46,090 bases of DNA, from IMG/VR virus record IMGVR_UViG_3300037423_001455, positions 1 through 46,090 of that record; one strand, 5' to 3'. Below are positions 7,949-16,744 of this stretch, in pieces. Below the pieces are notes generated by a model that saw nothing but the letters and a program-made list of their open reading frames with translations, was not told where the DNA came from and did no database searches. The stretch's first letter is position 1. Each line of letters begins with the position of its first letter. The position numbers were made by a program, and so were the translations under genes. The stretch is from a virus. Its lineage: Duplodnaviria > Caudoviricetes.

Positions 7949-8644
7949 TCAATAGGGGTTTCCCGTGAACGGCACCAGCCGGCACGACGACGGCAGCATC
8001 AGCGGGTGCTGCGGATATCCACTGCGCGTGGTGCGCAGGCAATACAGGCGGGTGGGGTGAACGATGGCGCGCAACAGGTCCAGCACCTCACGCGGGCGCA
8101 CCAGGCCCGTGGCATGCGCGCCCCATGCGACGCATACGGCGGCTGAATCGCGCGCCGCCTCGCGGATGTGGTCGTCGTTGTCCGGCCCCACCGGATAGCC
8201 GGCGTGGCGCAACGCCAGCGGGTCCGTGGCGCGGTAGGCGAAAAGGTTGACGACCTCCAGCTCGCCGAAGTTGTGGGCCTCCGCGAACCGCAGGCAACGG
8301 CGGATCGTGGCGTCGTCGATCGTGGCGTCTGCCGTGCTCGGGTTGAGCATGACAAACAGCAGGGGCGAGCCGCAGCCCCACTTGCGCCACAGCCGGTACC
8401 GAAAACGGCCGCACTCGCTGATGACGGCGTATCGCTTCATCTCGCCGGCTTCGAGCGGCCACATCGGCCGGGTCTCGGCGGCTTCCGGGTGCTCCCGGGT
8501 GTCCTGTCGCTGCGGCTGGGTGTCGTCGGCCGGTTCGGCGCCCTTGCTGGGCCGGTCGGTCGGCTCGATCTGCGAGGCCTCGCCGGCCTTGCCGGCCGCG
8601 GCCTTCTCCCGCAGCGCCTCTACGGAGACATGCTTCGTTTTCAT
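7949..8644 (-). CDS. DUF1643-family protein
   Basis: RYRLWRKW, FVMLNPSTAD, DDATIRRC, VVNLFAYRATDP, AWG, HPL motifs; alternative start at 8440. Confidence 0.85.
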   Translation of the reverse strand: MKTKHVSVEALREKAAAGKAGEASQIEPTDRPSKGAEPADDTQPQRQDTREHPEAAETRPMWPLEAGEMKRYAVISECGRFRYRLWRKWGCGSPLLFVMLNPSTADATIDDATIRRCLRFAEAHNFGELEVVNLFAYRATDPLALRHAGYPVGPDNDDHIREAARDSAAVCVAWGAHATGLVRPREVLDLLRAIVHPTRLYCLRTTRSGYPQHPLMLPSSCRLVPFTGNPY

Positions 8645-8856
8645 GCAAGTGCCTTCCAGAGATTCGTCGCAGCGACAACAGTGGTCGCCAGGTTGAGGGG
8701 CATCAGGCCCCACATCCGCTTGCCGACCGTCAGCCAGTACCAGAAGACCAGGCTGACCAGATACAGCGCCGCCCCGGCCGCTGTCGTCGACCCGGCATAG
8801 ATCCCGGCTAGCGTGAGCACGCTGGCGAGCAGTTCGATTGGCAGCCAGGTCGTCAT
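8641..8856 (-). CDS. Small 3-TM protein (PnuC-half-like)
   Basis: MTTWLPIELLASVLTLAGIYAG...FWYWLTVGKRMWGLMPLNL. Confidence 0.6.
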   Translation of the reverse strand: MTTWLPIELLASVLTLAGIYAGSTTAAGAALYLVSLVFWYWLTVGKRMWGLMPLNLATTVVAATNLWKALA

Positions 8857-9431
8857 GCCGGACCCTCGATGCGCTCGTACAGCACCACCCGGCGGAGGCC
8901 CAGTTTGGCCAACAGCTCGTCGACGGGGTTGTGCCGCTCGCCGGTGCGCATGCGGCTGATGTATCCGGGATCCACGCCGAGCCGCCGGGCGAGACCGCGC
9001 ACGCCGTATCTGGCGATCAGCTCTTCGACCCGCTCGGGCAGCGTGACATAGCCACCGGGCTCCTCCTTCGCGGCGACAGCTGTCCGCAATGCGACTTCGT
9101 CGGGTGTGCCCAGCCCAAGCGCCCACTTCCGGAGCTCGTCGGCCGTGGGCATGGGCCGCTTCCCCCGGGCGGCATCGAACATCAGCTGCTCGATCTCGGC
9201 GCGGCGGTTCAGCGAGCGGTCCCACTGCGGGCTGAACTCTCGCCATCTGGCAGCATCGCCAACGTCGTCGACGCGGCCGGCGCGCTCTCGCTCTGCCCGC
9301 ACACCTGCGTCAAAGCACAGGCCCACCAGCTGGCCGATATTCGTCTGCATTGGCACCTGGCGCAGCACCTGGCGGAACGAGTCGCGCACCTCGGGCTCGA
9401 TGTCGACCTGGACGACCGTGGCATCAGCCAT
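8853..9431 (-). CDS. Protein with C-terminal Cro/C1-type HTH
   Basis: GVRGLARRLGVDPGYISRMRTGE. Confidence 0.7.
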   Translation of the reverse strand: MADATVVQVDIEPEVRDSFRQVLRQVPMQTNIGQLVGLCFDAGVRAERERAGRVDDVGDAARWREFSPQWDRSLNRRAEIEQLMFDAARGKRPMPTADELRKWALGLGTPDEVALRTAVAAKEEPGGYVTLPERVEELIARYGVRGLARRLGVDPGYISRMRTGERHNPVDELLAKLGLRRVVLYERIEGPA

Positions 9432-9705
9432 CGAAGTTCCCCACGGTGTAGGCCATGCGCTGGAAGGGGTTCGGGCGCTCGCCCTGGGGTACCAAGGCGA
9501 GGGACGCCTCCAGTCCGTCCAGCGACACTCGCGCGCCCTGCGTGTCGAGGCCCGGATCGAGACCGAGAAACTGAAACGGCTTGCCGCAGTCCGCGCAGTT
9601 CACGCGGACCTCGGCGACGTATCCAGTGACAGGGCCGCCCTTGGTTTCCGTAAGCCGGCATACGCCGACGGTCGCGGAGAAGTTCACGTGCGTGCACTGG
9701 CTCAT
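9424..9705 (-). CDS. Hypothetical protein (CxH...CxxC)
   Basis: MSQCTHVNF...NCADCGKPFQFLG; overlaps neighbours. Confidence 0.7.
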   Translation of the reverse strand: MSQCTHVNFSATVGVCRLTETKGGPVTGYVAEVRVNCADCGKPFQFLGLDPGLDTQGARVSLDGLEASLALVPQGERPNPFQRMAYTVGNFDG

Positions 9706-9929
9706 GGCGAAGACCCCTGGTGTTTGGAACAGGGCACGGCGCGGCCATCCTTCAGCCATGGGTCATCGCCGCACCAATTCAGGCAATCGCAGCTGTCAGG
9801 CCCGTCGGCGCGCCCCGCGCAACGCGGGCCGCGCTTGCCGTCGCCGATCGAACCGCAGCGCGTCGGAGTCGTGCACTCCAGGCATTCGCGCGGCCTTTCC
9901 GGCGGCAGCGGGCGTGCCTCGCGCTTCAC
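9702..9929 (-). CDS. Cys-rich small protein
   Basis: Eight Cys in 75 aa; overlaps on both sides. Confidence 0.55.
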   Translation of the reverse strand: MKREARPLPPERPRECLECTTPTRCGSIGDGKRGPRCAGRADGPDSCDCLNWCGDDPWLKDGRAVPCSKHQGSSP

Positions 9930-11962
9930 GTTTCGGCTCCGTTTCGACCTCCACGGTCGATAGGGAAGGGCCATGCCGCCTTCGGGTCGATCGTGGGGCC
10001 AGCCGGCGGCAGAACCTCGAACTCCTTCCCGTCGGTGCGGTACTTCGCGCCCTCGATGTCGACCATCCAGTCGTCGCCGAGCACGTGCTTGACCAGAATG
10101 CCTTCCTTGCCCCTGATCTTGCGGAACTTGCCGTTCGGGCCGCGGGCGTCGTCGTGGATGCGCACGCGGTCGAAGAGCTTCGGCTTCGCGGGCGCGGGCT
10201 GCTCCTGGCCGCCGGCTGCGTCTTCCTGCTTTTGCATGGCCTTGGCAATGCCCGCCTTGGCATCCTTTGCACTGGTCTTCTTTGTCTTCGGCGTGGGGGC
10301 GGTCTTCTTGGCCGGCTTCTCCGCTTCCAGCTCCGCCCGAATGGCTTTCTCGACCTCCGCCTTCACTGCATCGACGTCGACTTCGCACGCGGCGGTGATC
10401 ACTTGCGCGGCGGTGCCGTTGCGCAGGTCGAGCCCGTCGTTACCGATCTCGTCCTCCATCAGGATCACCAGCAGCGCGGGCGCGACCTGGTCGGCCGGAC
10501 ATGTCTCCAGAAAGTCAGCGATCGCATCGCGCGTGCCGACGGCGGAGTCCTCGACCTGGAAGAGGCGGCAGAAGCGCTCCCGCGGCGGGCCGTTGTAGAG
10601 CGCCATGTCCGCCAGACGCAGGCACAGAACGCGGGCGACGTCCACCGGCATCTGCTGCACCTTGCCGGCCATCAGCGCCGCGTGCACGCTCTCCACCACG
10701 CGCTCCTCGATGGCCAGCTCGATCTTCTGTTCCAGATCGCGCGCCTTCTGCTTCTTGTCCTTCGGGCTGCCTGGCGCCTTGGCTTCCGCCTGCGCCTTCT
10801 TTACCAGCTTGCTGGCCACGTCGGCGGGCAGGGCTTCCTTCAGCTGCTTCGTGTGTGGGTCAAGGATCAGCACCGGCTTCGGTGCGTCCTTGCCCTTGGC
10901 CACCTTGTTGATCACTGAGCGCACAGACTTGTAGCCTTCGCCCTGGAAGTACTCCTTCTCGTCCAGCAGGGTGTACCCCTTGGGGTGGCTGCCCTCGTGC
11001 GGGATGAGCTCCTGAGCTTCCTTACCCATGATCACCTTCTGGCCCTTCGCTTTCGCGGCCTCGGCGATGCGCTCGAAGTGCGCCACCTTCTTGCTGTCGA
11101 AGCACTTCGGGTCGGTGCACGTGTCCGCCGCCTCGATGTCATCGAACAACGCTGCGTTCGCGCCGGTGCGCTTGGGGCATGCCTTGCAGTCGCCCGCGGC
11201 CGGCACGAGCGCCGCGTCCGCCAGGTCGAACGGGGCCTGCACCAAGCGCAGCATGTAGTGCTGGTGGATGTGGCGGCTGGCCTCGCGGAACGACATCGGC
11301 TCCGCCATGCCCTCCGGGTAGTCGGCGCGCATGATGTCGCGCGCGATCTTCGCCTGCAGGTACGCCGGCTGTCGAGCCACCAGCAGCGCCGTCGACTGGG
11401 TCAACTTGCCGGCATACAGCTGCTCGCGGCACTCCGGCGTGAGCTCCAGCAGCTTCAGCGACTTGTAAACGTAGTCCTTGCTGCGGCCGATTCGCGCACC
11501 GATCTCCACCGCGTCCATGCCGTGCTCGGCCTGCAACCGGCTGAAGCCCTCCGCCTCCTCCAGCGGGTGCAGATCCTTGCGGCGCAGGTTCTCCACCAGC
11601 TGGACCTGCAGCACCTGCAGGTCGTCCAGGTCGCGGATCAGGACCGGCAGCTGCTCGACGCCGGCGAGCTTCGTGGAGCGCCACCGGCACTCGCCGCAAA
11701 CGATCTCGTGCGTCGGCAGCGGCTGGCCAGGCTCGCGGTCTTCGAAGGTGTCTTGCAGCCGGCTGGCCGGAAGCGGCCGGGCCAGGATCGGCTGCACGAC
11801 GCCGTGCTGCCGGATGCTGTCGGCCAGCTCCGCCAGGTAGGCCTCGTCGAAGCGGGTGCGGGGGTTCGTCTTGCTGCGCACCAGCAGTGCCGGGCTCAGC
11901 ATTGTCATCGCGGCCTCGCCGGTGGCGGCCTGCGTTGCTTCCGTCTCAGTGTCTTTGCTCAC
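9926..11962 (-). CDS. ParB/Spo0J-family protein with long C-terminal extension
   Basis: NPRTRFD, GVVQPILAR, IVCGECRWR, ENLRRKDLHPLEEA, HTH. Confidence 0.9.
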   Translation of the reverse strand: MSKDTETEATQAATGEAAMTMLSPALLVRSKTNPRTRFDEAYLAELADSIRQHGVVQPILARPLPASRLQDTFEDREPGQPLPTHEIVCGECRWRSTKLAGVEQLPVLIRDLDDLQVLQVQLVENLRRKDLHPLEEAEGFSRLQAEHGMDAVEIGARIGRSKDYVYKSLKLLELTPECREQLYAGKLTQSTALLVARQPAYLQAKIARDIMRADYPEGMAEPMSFREASRHIHQHYMLRLVQAPFDLADAALVPAAGDCKACPKRTGANAALFDDIEAADTCTDPKCFDSKKVAHFERIAEAAKAKGQKVIMGKEAQELIPHEGSHPKGYTLLDEKEYFQGEGYKSVRSVINKVAKGKDAPKPVLILDPHTKQLKEALPADVASKLVKKAQAEAKAPGSPKDKKQKARDLEQKIELAIEERVVESVHAALMAGKVQQMPVDVARVLCLRLADMALYNGPPRERFCRLFQVEDSAVGTRDAIADFLETCPADQVAPALLVILMEDEIGNDGLDLRNGTAAQVITAACEVDVDAVKAEVEKAIRAELEAEKPAKKTAPTPKTKKTSAKDAKAGIAKAMQKQEDAAGGQEQPAPAKPKLFDRVRIHDDARGPNGKFRKIRGKEGILVKHVLGDDWMVDIEGAKYRTDGKEFEVLPPAGPTIDPKAAWPFPIDRGGRNGAET

Positions 11963-12635
11963 GTTGTTCTCCGGGGGTGGGGCTCAGGCCTGCGTGATGC
12001 GCGGCCGCTTCGATCAGCTGTTCGCCGACCATGTCCAGGTAGCGCACCATCTGCCGCGTTTCTTCCAGCGTCAGCTCGATCTTGTGGCCGGCCTTCTCCA
12101 CGGCGAAGCAGCCGTCGCTGGCGATGTAGCAGCGGAAGGACGGGCGAACCGGCACCAGGTGCACGTTCGAGGTGCTGACGGCTAGCGTCCGGGCGGTGCC
12201 GCGCTGCTTGTCTAGGTTGCCGCCGCCCGTGGCCCATTCGCGCCCGGCCTCCGTCAGCCGCCAGCGCTGGGTGCCGTTCGGGCGGTCGACGCGGCCGGCG
12301 CTCTTCATGTTGAACAGCGCGTTGGACAGCACCTTCGTGGCGACGCCGTCCAGTTGCGCCGCGATGGTGTCGTGGTGCAGGCCCTCCTCGCCGGCGGTCA
12401 GGAGGACGCACGCGACCTTGAACTGGGCGCCGTCGGCACGCGTCGCGCGCGGCTTCCTGGAAGTGGTTTTCGAACCGGTGGGCTTTGCTGCCACGACGGG
12501 CTCCTCTGGCTGCTCCTGGGCAGCCGCTTGCGATGCGGAGACTTTCGGGAAAGGCCACGGCGTGCGCGGAGCGGTCGCTCCGGCCTGCGCCTGCTGCTGC
12601 CGCTCGAATTCGGTCATGTCCGGCTCGCTGGCCAT
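11946..12635 (-). CDS. Hypothetical protein with winged-helix-like segment
   Basis: LSNALFNMKSAGRVDR...WRLTEAG. Confidence 0.65.
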   Translation of the reverse strand: MASEPDMTEFERQQQAQAGATAPRTPWPFPKVSASQAAAQEQPEEPVVAAKPTGSKTTSRKPRATRADGAQFKVACVLLTAGEEGLHHDTIAAQLDGVATKVLSNALFNMKSAGRVDRPNGTQRWRLTEAGREWATGGGNLDKQRGTARTLAVSTSNVHLVPVRPSFRCYIASDGCFAVEKAGHKIELTLEETRQMVRYLDMVGEQLIEAAAHHAGLSPTPGEQREQRH

Positions 12636-12637
12636 GG

Positions 12638-12838
12638 TCAGCCCCAGGAGACCAGGAGCAGCAGCAGGAGCATCGCGACCTGTACTGCCCGGAGCCGGAG
12701 GGCGAGATCGGTGTCAGCGGCCGAAGGTGCGGGGAGCAGCTCGGAGAAGTCCGTGTGCAGCCGGGCGCCACCGTCGTACTGATTTAGGCGGACGGGGCAC
12801 GCGCGCCCCTCGTGGCAGTTGGCGTTACAGCAGCGCAT
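12638..12838 (-). CDS. Small protein, Cys-rich N-terminus and C-terminal TM
   Basis: CCNANCHEGRACP; hydrophobic tail. Confidence 0.65.
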   Translation of the reverse strand: MRCCNANCHEGRACPVRLNQYDGGARLHTDFSELLPAPSAADTDLALRLRAVQVAMLLLLLLVSWG

Positions 12839-12839
12839 G

Positions 12840-12956
12840 TCAGATCGTGAAGATCAGCGCAGCCGCCAAGGCGGCGAGGAGGAGGACACCGACATAGCGC
12901 GCGATCGCGCCCAGCAGCTGCATCAACTCCGGGTCTAGGAATTGGTCGTCGTTCAT
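12840..12956 (-). CDS. Small membrane peptide
   Basis: MNDDQFLDPELMQLLGAIARYVGVLLLAALAAALIFTI; GGAG RBS. Confidence 0.5.
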   Translation of the reverse strand: MNDDQFLDPELMQLLGAIARYVGVLLLAALAAALIFTI

Positions 12957-13105
12957 CGCAGGCTCCGCAGGTGGTTGAGCGTGTGCACGATGGCGGGCAC
13001 GTCGTCGTGCAGCGGGTCGATTTGCGCCAAGGCGGCGCCGTAGTAGAAGAGGCACCAGCGGCGCCAAGCTTCGGCCAGCAGGTCGCGAACGGGTTGGAGG
13101 CCCAT
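12953..13105 (-). CDS. Hypothetical 50-aa protein (not in ORF track)
   Basis: MGLQPVRDLLAEAWRRWCLFYYG...; AAGGAG RBS; overlaps both neighbours. Confidence 0.55.
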   Translation of the reverse strand: MGLQPVRDLLAEAWRRWCLFYYGAALAQIDPLHDDVPAIVHTLNHLRSLR

Positions 13106-13314
13106 CAGTCGGCTCCTTCGATGCGGTTGTCCATCGCCTCGTCCGGGTCCGCTCCGACGCTCGCTGCGTAGAGCGCGTCCGTTACGGCCTTCGCCTCACA
13201 GCCCTGCAGGCCGTAGCGCAGTTCGATATCCGCGCGATCGAGTGGTCGGCGCGCGTGGTAGCTCTTGATCCAAGTGATCAAATCGGCGCGGGCCTGATCC
13301 TGCGGCGTGGTCAC
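13105..13314 (-). CDS. Hypothetical protein
   Basis: GTG start, GGAGG RBS, operon packing. Confidence 0.6.
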   Translation of the reverse strand: MTTPQDQARADLITWIKSYHARRPLDRADIELRYGLQGCEAKAVTDALYAASVGADPDEAMDNRIEGAD

Positions 13315-13484
13315 GCCCAAGCCCTCCGCGCAGGCCGGTGCAGCACGATCGCGGCGCGCGCGATGGCGAGGAAGCGCTGCGGCGCCGCCGACACCTTCGC
13401 GCCCGTGTCCATGCGCACGATGCGCCAGTTCGTCCCGACTCGCATCACCGAGCACGGCACGCGGTGAATGCGGGTCGTGCTCAT
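13311..13484 (-). CDS. Hypothetical protein
   Basis: MSTTRIHRVPCSVMRVGTNWRIVR; ATGA overlap. Confidence 0.55.
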   Translation of the reverse strand: MSTTRIHRVPCSVMRVGTNWRIVRMDTGAKVSAAPQRFLAIARAAIVLHRPARRAWA

Positions 13485-13789
13485 GCCTCGCTCCCGGTCG
13501 CCATGTCGATCGCCTGCCGGGCCTGCGTCACTTGCTGCATGGCGAGCTTGCGCGATTCCGGGTCCTTCATGATCAGGCACGCGGCCTGGAGACAGGACGA
13601 CGTGGCGCGCAGCTCCTCGAGCACGCGCGGCAGAGCCGCGATGCAGCGCATGTTGATGACGTCCTCTTCCCGGCGGGACTTCGCGTAGGCGACGATGCCG
13701 CGGCCCTGCGCCCAGACGCTGGGGCCGTGCACGGCGTCGTTGCGGAACTCCCAGGAGGGAAGGGAGAGCAGCGGCTTGCCGGCGGTCAT
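13481..13789 (-). CDS. Hypothetical protein
   Basis: 102 aa; operon packing. Confidence 0.65.
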   Translation of the reverse strand: MTAGKPLLSLPSWEFRNDAVHGPSVWAQGRGIVAYAKSRREEDVINMRCIAALPRVLEELRATSSCLQAACLIMKDPESRKLAMQQVTQARQAIDMATGSEA

Positions 13790-14286
13790 GGCGCAGCGCC
13801 CTCCGGCGCGGCCGGCTTCTTCGTGACGTCGATCTTCAGCAGCAGCGCGCGTCCGTGCTTGAGCGTCACCTGCTCGTAGTCAGACCTGGGGCTGTAGCTG
13901 CTTCGGTCTACCTCGTGGAAGCCGAGCTCGATCAGCGCGGCGTACAGCTTGTCGTCCCGAAGGCTGAACGCCTCGCACTCGATGCGAAGCGTCTTGCCCT
14001 TGTCCTGGGTGCCGATGTTGCGGTAGGAGAACTTCAGCCCGCGCTCGAACAGCGCCGGCAGGAACGGGTCCAGCAACTCCAGCTTCTTCGCCATCGCCTT
14101 CACCTCGGCGCGGCGCCGCTGGTGCTCGTAGTCGGCGCGGGCGAGGGCCAGCTCCTGCAGCGTGCGCGGCTCGCGTCCCGCGAACTTGAGGTAGCCGGCC
14201 TGCCAGTGATCGACCAGCTTGAACGGCTCCGGGGCGGCAGCGTCGTGGATGTCGGGTTCGGCAGCGCCGGCGGCGAGCGTCATCAC
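13786..14286 (-). CDS. Hypothetical protein
   Basis: 166 aa; GGAGG RBS. Confidence 0.7.
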   Translation of the reverse strand: MMTLAAGAAEPDIHDAAAPEPFKLVDHWQAGYLKFAGREPRTLQELALARADYEHQRRRAEVKAMAKKLELLDPFLPALFERGLKFSYRNIGTQDKGKTLRIECEAFSLRDDKLYAALIELGFHEVDRSSYSPRSDYEQVTLKHGRALLLKIDVTKKPAAPEGAAP

Positions 14287-14438
14287 GCCGGCCTCCCGAC
14301 GTGCACGATCTCGACACGCTCACCCGGCTCGGCCAGGCATACGTTCTGTTCAAGGGCGGTCACGCTGTCCGCTGCGAACACGGCGAACTCCAGGCGCGGA
14401 TTGCCGCGCGGGCCAATCAGGATGTGAAAGAGGTACAT
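14283..14438 (-). CDS. First gene of leftward early operon, hypothetical
   Basis: GGGAG RBS just downstream of PL. Confidence 0.6.
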   Translation of the reverse strand: MYLFHILIGPRGNPRLEFAVFAADSVTALEQNVCLAEPGERVEIVHVGRPA

Positions 14439-14463
14439 CTGCGCTCCCTGCTGAAGGACTTGC

Positions 14464-14506
14464 AGAATAGTAAAACATTCCTTGTTGGTCAAGGAAAAAA
14501 TTACTA
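14464..14506 (-). promoter_or_regulatory. PL promoter with overlapping operator (OL)
   Basis: Minus strand TTGACC-17-TATTCT; 39-bp inverted repeat TAGTAAAACATTCCTTG-N5-CAAGGAAAAAATTACTA. Confidence 0.85.
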
Positions 14507-14520
14507 CAGCAGAGGATGAG

Positions 14521-14540
14521 AAAGCCCGCCGAGGCGGGCT
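14521..14540 (-). terminator. Intrinsic terminator of the cI operon
   Basis: AGCCCGCC-TC-GGCGGGCT followed by a short T run on the minus strand. Confidence 0.7.
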
Positions 14541-14564
14541 GATCAAGAAATCAGGTGCGTACCG

Positions 14565-14813
14565 TCACGGCGCGTGGCCATATTTCTGGCGGAACTCGTC
14601 TTGCATCCGTTCGCACGTCGAAGCGACGAACCGCGCAACGCTCGGCTCCAGGGACTTCTTTGCCTGCTGCTCCCAGCACGCGGCGATCGCGTCTCGCGCC
14701 TGCTGCTTGTCGTTCGGGGAGTTGCCTGCGATGAGAGCGACCACGAACACGATCAGGCCGGTGACGCCGACCACCCATGCCCACAGCGGGGCCGACTTCT
14801 TCTCCGAGATCAC
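14565..14813 (-). CDS. Single-TM membrane protein with periplasmic Cys pair
   Basis: N-terminal TM; two Cys; in cI operon. Confidence 0.7.
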   Translation of the reverse strand: MISEKKSAPLWAWVVGVTGLIVFVVALIAGNSPNDKQQARDAIAACWEQQAKKSLEPSVARFVASTCERMQDEFRQKYGHAP

Positions 14814-14817
14814 CGCC

Positions 14818-15072
14818 TTATCCGCAGCGCCAGGTTTTGGTCCGGTATTCGTCTGGCGGACCGGCGTCGATCACCGTCACGCTCTTACCCTTGCAGTAGG
14901 CAATGACCATGGCCTGGGCCTCTGATTCCGTGAATCGCAGCGAGTGCCAGCGGAGCTTGATCGTCTCCGGGGTGGTGAACAGGACCTGGACGGCCGGCTG
15001 GTGCAGGCTCTCGGTCGCGCATCCGCACAGAACGGCGGCGGTGCACAAAGAAGCGAGGGAAATGGCTCTCAT
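14818..15072 (-). CDS. Putative lipoprotein
   Basis: Signal peptide ending in the lipobox LCGC. Confidence 0.7.
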   Translation of the reverse strand: MRAISLASLCTAAVLCGCATESLHQPAVQVLFTTPETIKLRWHSLRFTESEAQAMVIAYCKGKSVTVIDAGPPDEYRTKTWRCG

Positions 15073-15093
15073 GATCGGTCTCCAAACGGCCGC

Positions 15094-15336
15094 TCAACGT
15101 CCCTCGAAAAGGTCCATCTGGTGCGCAGCCTCCCGCGAGATCTTCACGGCCGCGACGATGGCCGCGTCCGCGCTGCATCTGAACACCCCTGTAAAGAACA
15201 CCTCGTCAGGGCCTTCGCCGGGCCGATGAAGAATCACCAGGCCGCGCGTCTTGCGGTTCATCGCTTTTCTCAAGAGAAATTTCAAGACGGCAACGCATTG
15301 CTTGCACTCAAACTGCACGAGTTGCAACACCGGCAT
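15094..15336 (-). CDS. Hypothetical protein
   Basis: AAGGAG upstream; downstream of cI. Confidence 0.55.
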   Translation of the reverse strand: MPVLQLVQFECKQCVAVLKFLLRKAMNRKTRGLVILHRPGEGPDEVFFTGVFRCSADAAIVAAVKISREAAHQMDLFEGR

Positions 15337-15426
15337 CTGACGCCCACTCCTTTTGAGTTCTTTTCTGGCATGGTCGTCATGGCTGCGTTATTTCGTCTAG
15401 TGGCTGTTTGGAGTAGGTCGATCTCT

Positions 15427-15885
15427 TTAACTCTTCTTGGTACGCCTGATGGTGCCGTTTTGTCGTCGAGTACGCGCGTCAGTGACAAGGGGATCCTCAG
15501 CTTCCGTGTCGGGGCGTGATCCGGCATCCTCTTTTTGCGTTGCTCCTGGCTCGATTGCGGACCGCTGCTGCCGCGCGGCCACAAGCAGGTCACGGAACGC
15601 CTTCTCGACCGTTTCATAGACGGAGCGTTCCGCAGGCGTCATTTGGCGCGTGAGCTGCCACAGCTCCACGCCCAGCGCGTGCGCAATGCGGTCCAGTTCC
15701 ACGAGCTTCGGTGACCCGGGTTTCCCGCGGGACCCTTCGGTACGCTGCGCCGGGTTTAGGTAGTTGCTGATCGTTTTCTGAGAGACCTTGGCCTCCACGG
15801 CCAGCGCCTGCTGGGTGAGCTTCCGCTCGCCCATCCAGTAGGCCAGGTTGTCCGCGACGACTCGGTTGATATCTTTTACTGCCAC
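15427..15885 (-). CDS. cI: CI-like repressor (HTH only, no S24 domain)
   Basis: LTQQALAVEAKVSQKTISNYLN...LDRIAHALGV; divergent from cro; start uncertain. Confidence 0.82.
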   Translation of the reverse strand: MAVKDINRVVADNLAYWMGERKLTQQALAVEAKVSQKTISNYLNPAQRTEGSRGKPGSPKLVELDRIAHALGVELWQLTRQMTPAERSVYETVEKAFRDLLVAARQQRSAIEPGATQKEDAGSRPDTEAEDPLVTDARTRRQNGTIRRTKKS

Positions 15886-15908
15886 CCGGCGAGCGTGCTC
15901 GACCGCTC

Positions 15909-15951
15909 TAGGAAAGTGTTCCTTGATGGGCAAGGAATGTTTTACTATGAT
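15909..15951 (+). promoter_or_regulatory. PR promoter with overlapping operator (OR)
   Basis: TTGATG-17-TATGAT; 39-bp inverted repeat whose right arm is the exact reverse complement of the OL left arm. Confidence 0.85.
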
Positions 15952-15957
15952 GGCTGG

Positions 15958-16179
15958 ATGTCGACCGATCTGGATGTCGAAGTCAAGCGTCTCCTGGAAG
16001 CGAACCGGGGCGAGTGGCCCCGCGTGTGCATACGAGCGCAGGTGAGCCACTCCTGGGTCTCCAAGTTCGTGCGAGGCGAAATTCCGAACCCCGGATTCGC
16101 GACGTTGAAGCGTCTGCATGCCGCGCTCACCACCGTGGGAGGGGAGAGCGCAGCAGTTCCAGCACCAAAGGCGGGCTGA
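15958..16179 (+). CDS. cro: Cro-like HTH protein, probably leaderless
   Basis: WPRVCIRAQVSHSWVSKFVRGEIPNPGFATLKRL; ATG follows the -10 after 6 nt. Confidence 0.82.
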   Translation: MSTDLDVEVKRLLEANRGEWPRVCIRAQVSHSWVSKFVRGEIPNPGFATLKRLHAALTTVGGESAAVPAPKAG

Positions 16180-16218
16180 CATGAGTTCTTCGCCACTGAC
16201 CGGCCGCGCCGGTCGTTT

Positions 16219-16260
16219 CCCGTCGTCCCATCCGCCCCGGGACGACGGGCATTCTCTTTC
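16219..16260 (+). terminator. tR1-like hairpin after cro
   Basis: CCCGTCGTCCC/GGGACGACGGG stem followed by CATTCTCTTTC. Confidence 0.5.
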
Positions 16261-16310
16261 TAGTTCGGTACTGCTCTTCCATGGCTTGAAGTTTTGCCCG
16301 GCCGAGCTTC

Positions 16311-16324
16311 GCAACGCCACGCAA
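16311..16324 (-). promoter_or_regulatory. CII box, PRE-like
   Basis: TTGC-GTGGCG-TTGC on the minus strand, upstream of cII and pointing toward cI. Confidence 0.6.
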
Positions 16325-16347
16325 TTCTTCTGCGGAGGGCTGCGGCC

Positions 16348-16737
16348 ATGACTCAGCCCACTCTGATTTCCGTCGAGGTTCCGCTATCCGAGGTGGTGCG
16401 CAAGCCCACCTTAGGCAAGGCAATCGAGTATTGCGCCGAGCTCGCCGGCTACAGCTACGACAAGGAACTGGAGAAGGCGCTGAACGAGCATGGGGTCAAG
16501 GTCGATGCGACCCAGCTGACCCGCTGGAAGCAAGGCGGCGAGGGTATCAAGTGGGAGAAATTCGCCGGGCTCATGGACGTGTGCGGCAACGACGCGCCGC
16601 TGTTGTGGATGGTCCACGCCCGTGGCTTCGACGTCGGCAGCGTAAGGCGCGTCGAGACCGCGGTGGAACGCGAGAACCGGCTGTTGCGTGAGGAAAACGC
16701 AGCACTGCGCCGGGTACTAAAGGGCGAACCGCGATAG
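16348..16737 (+). CDS. CII-like regulator
   Basis: HTH (VDATQLTRWKQG), position after cro, adjacent CII box. Confidence 0.65.
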   Translation: MTQPTLISVEVPLSEVVRKPTLGKAIEYCAELAGYSYDKELEKALNEHGVKVDATQLTRWKQGGEGIKWEKFAGLMDVCGNDAPLLWMVHARGFDVGSVRRVETAVERENRLLREENAALRRVLKGEPR

Positions 16738-16744
16738 GCCCCCC

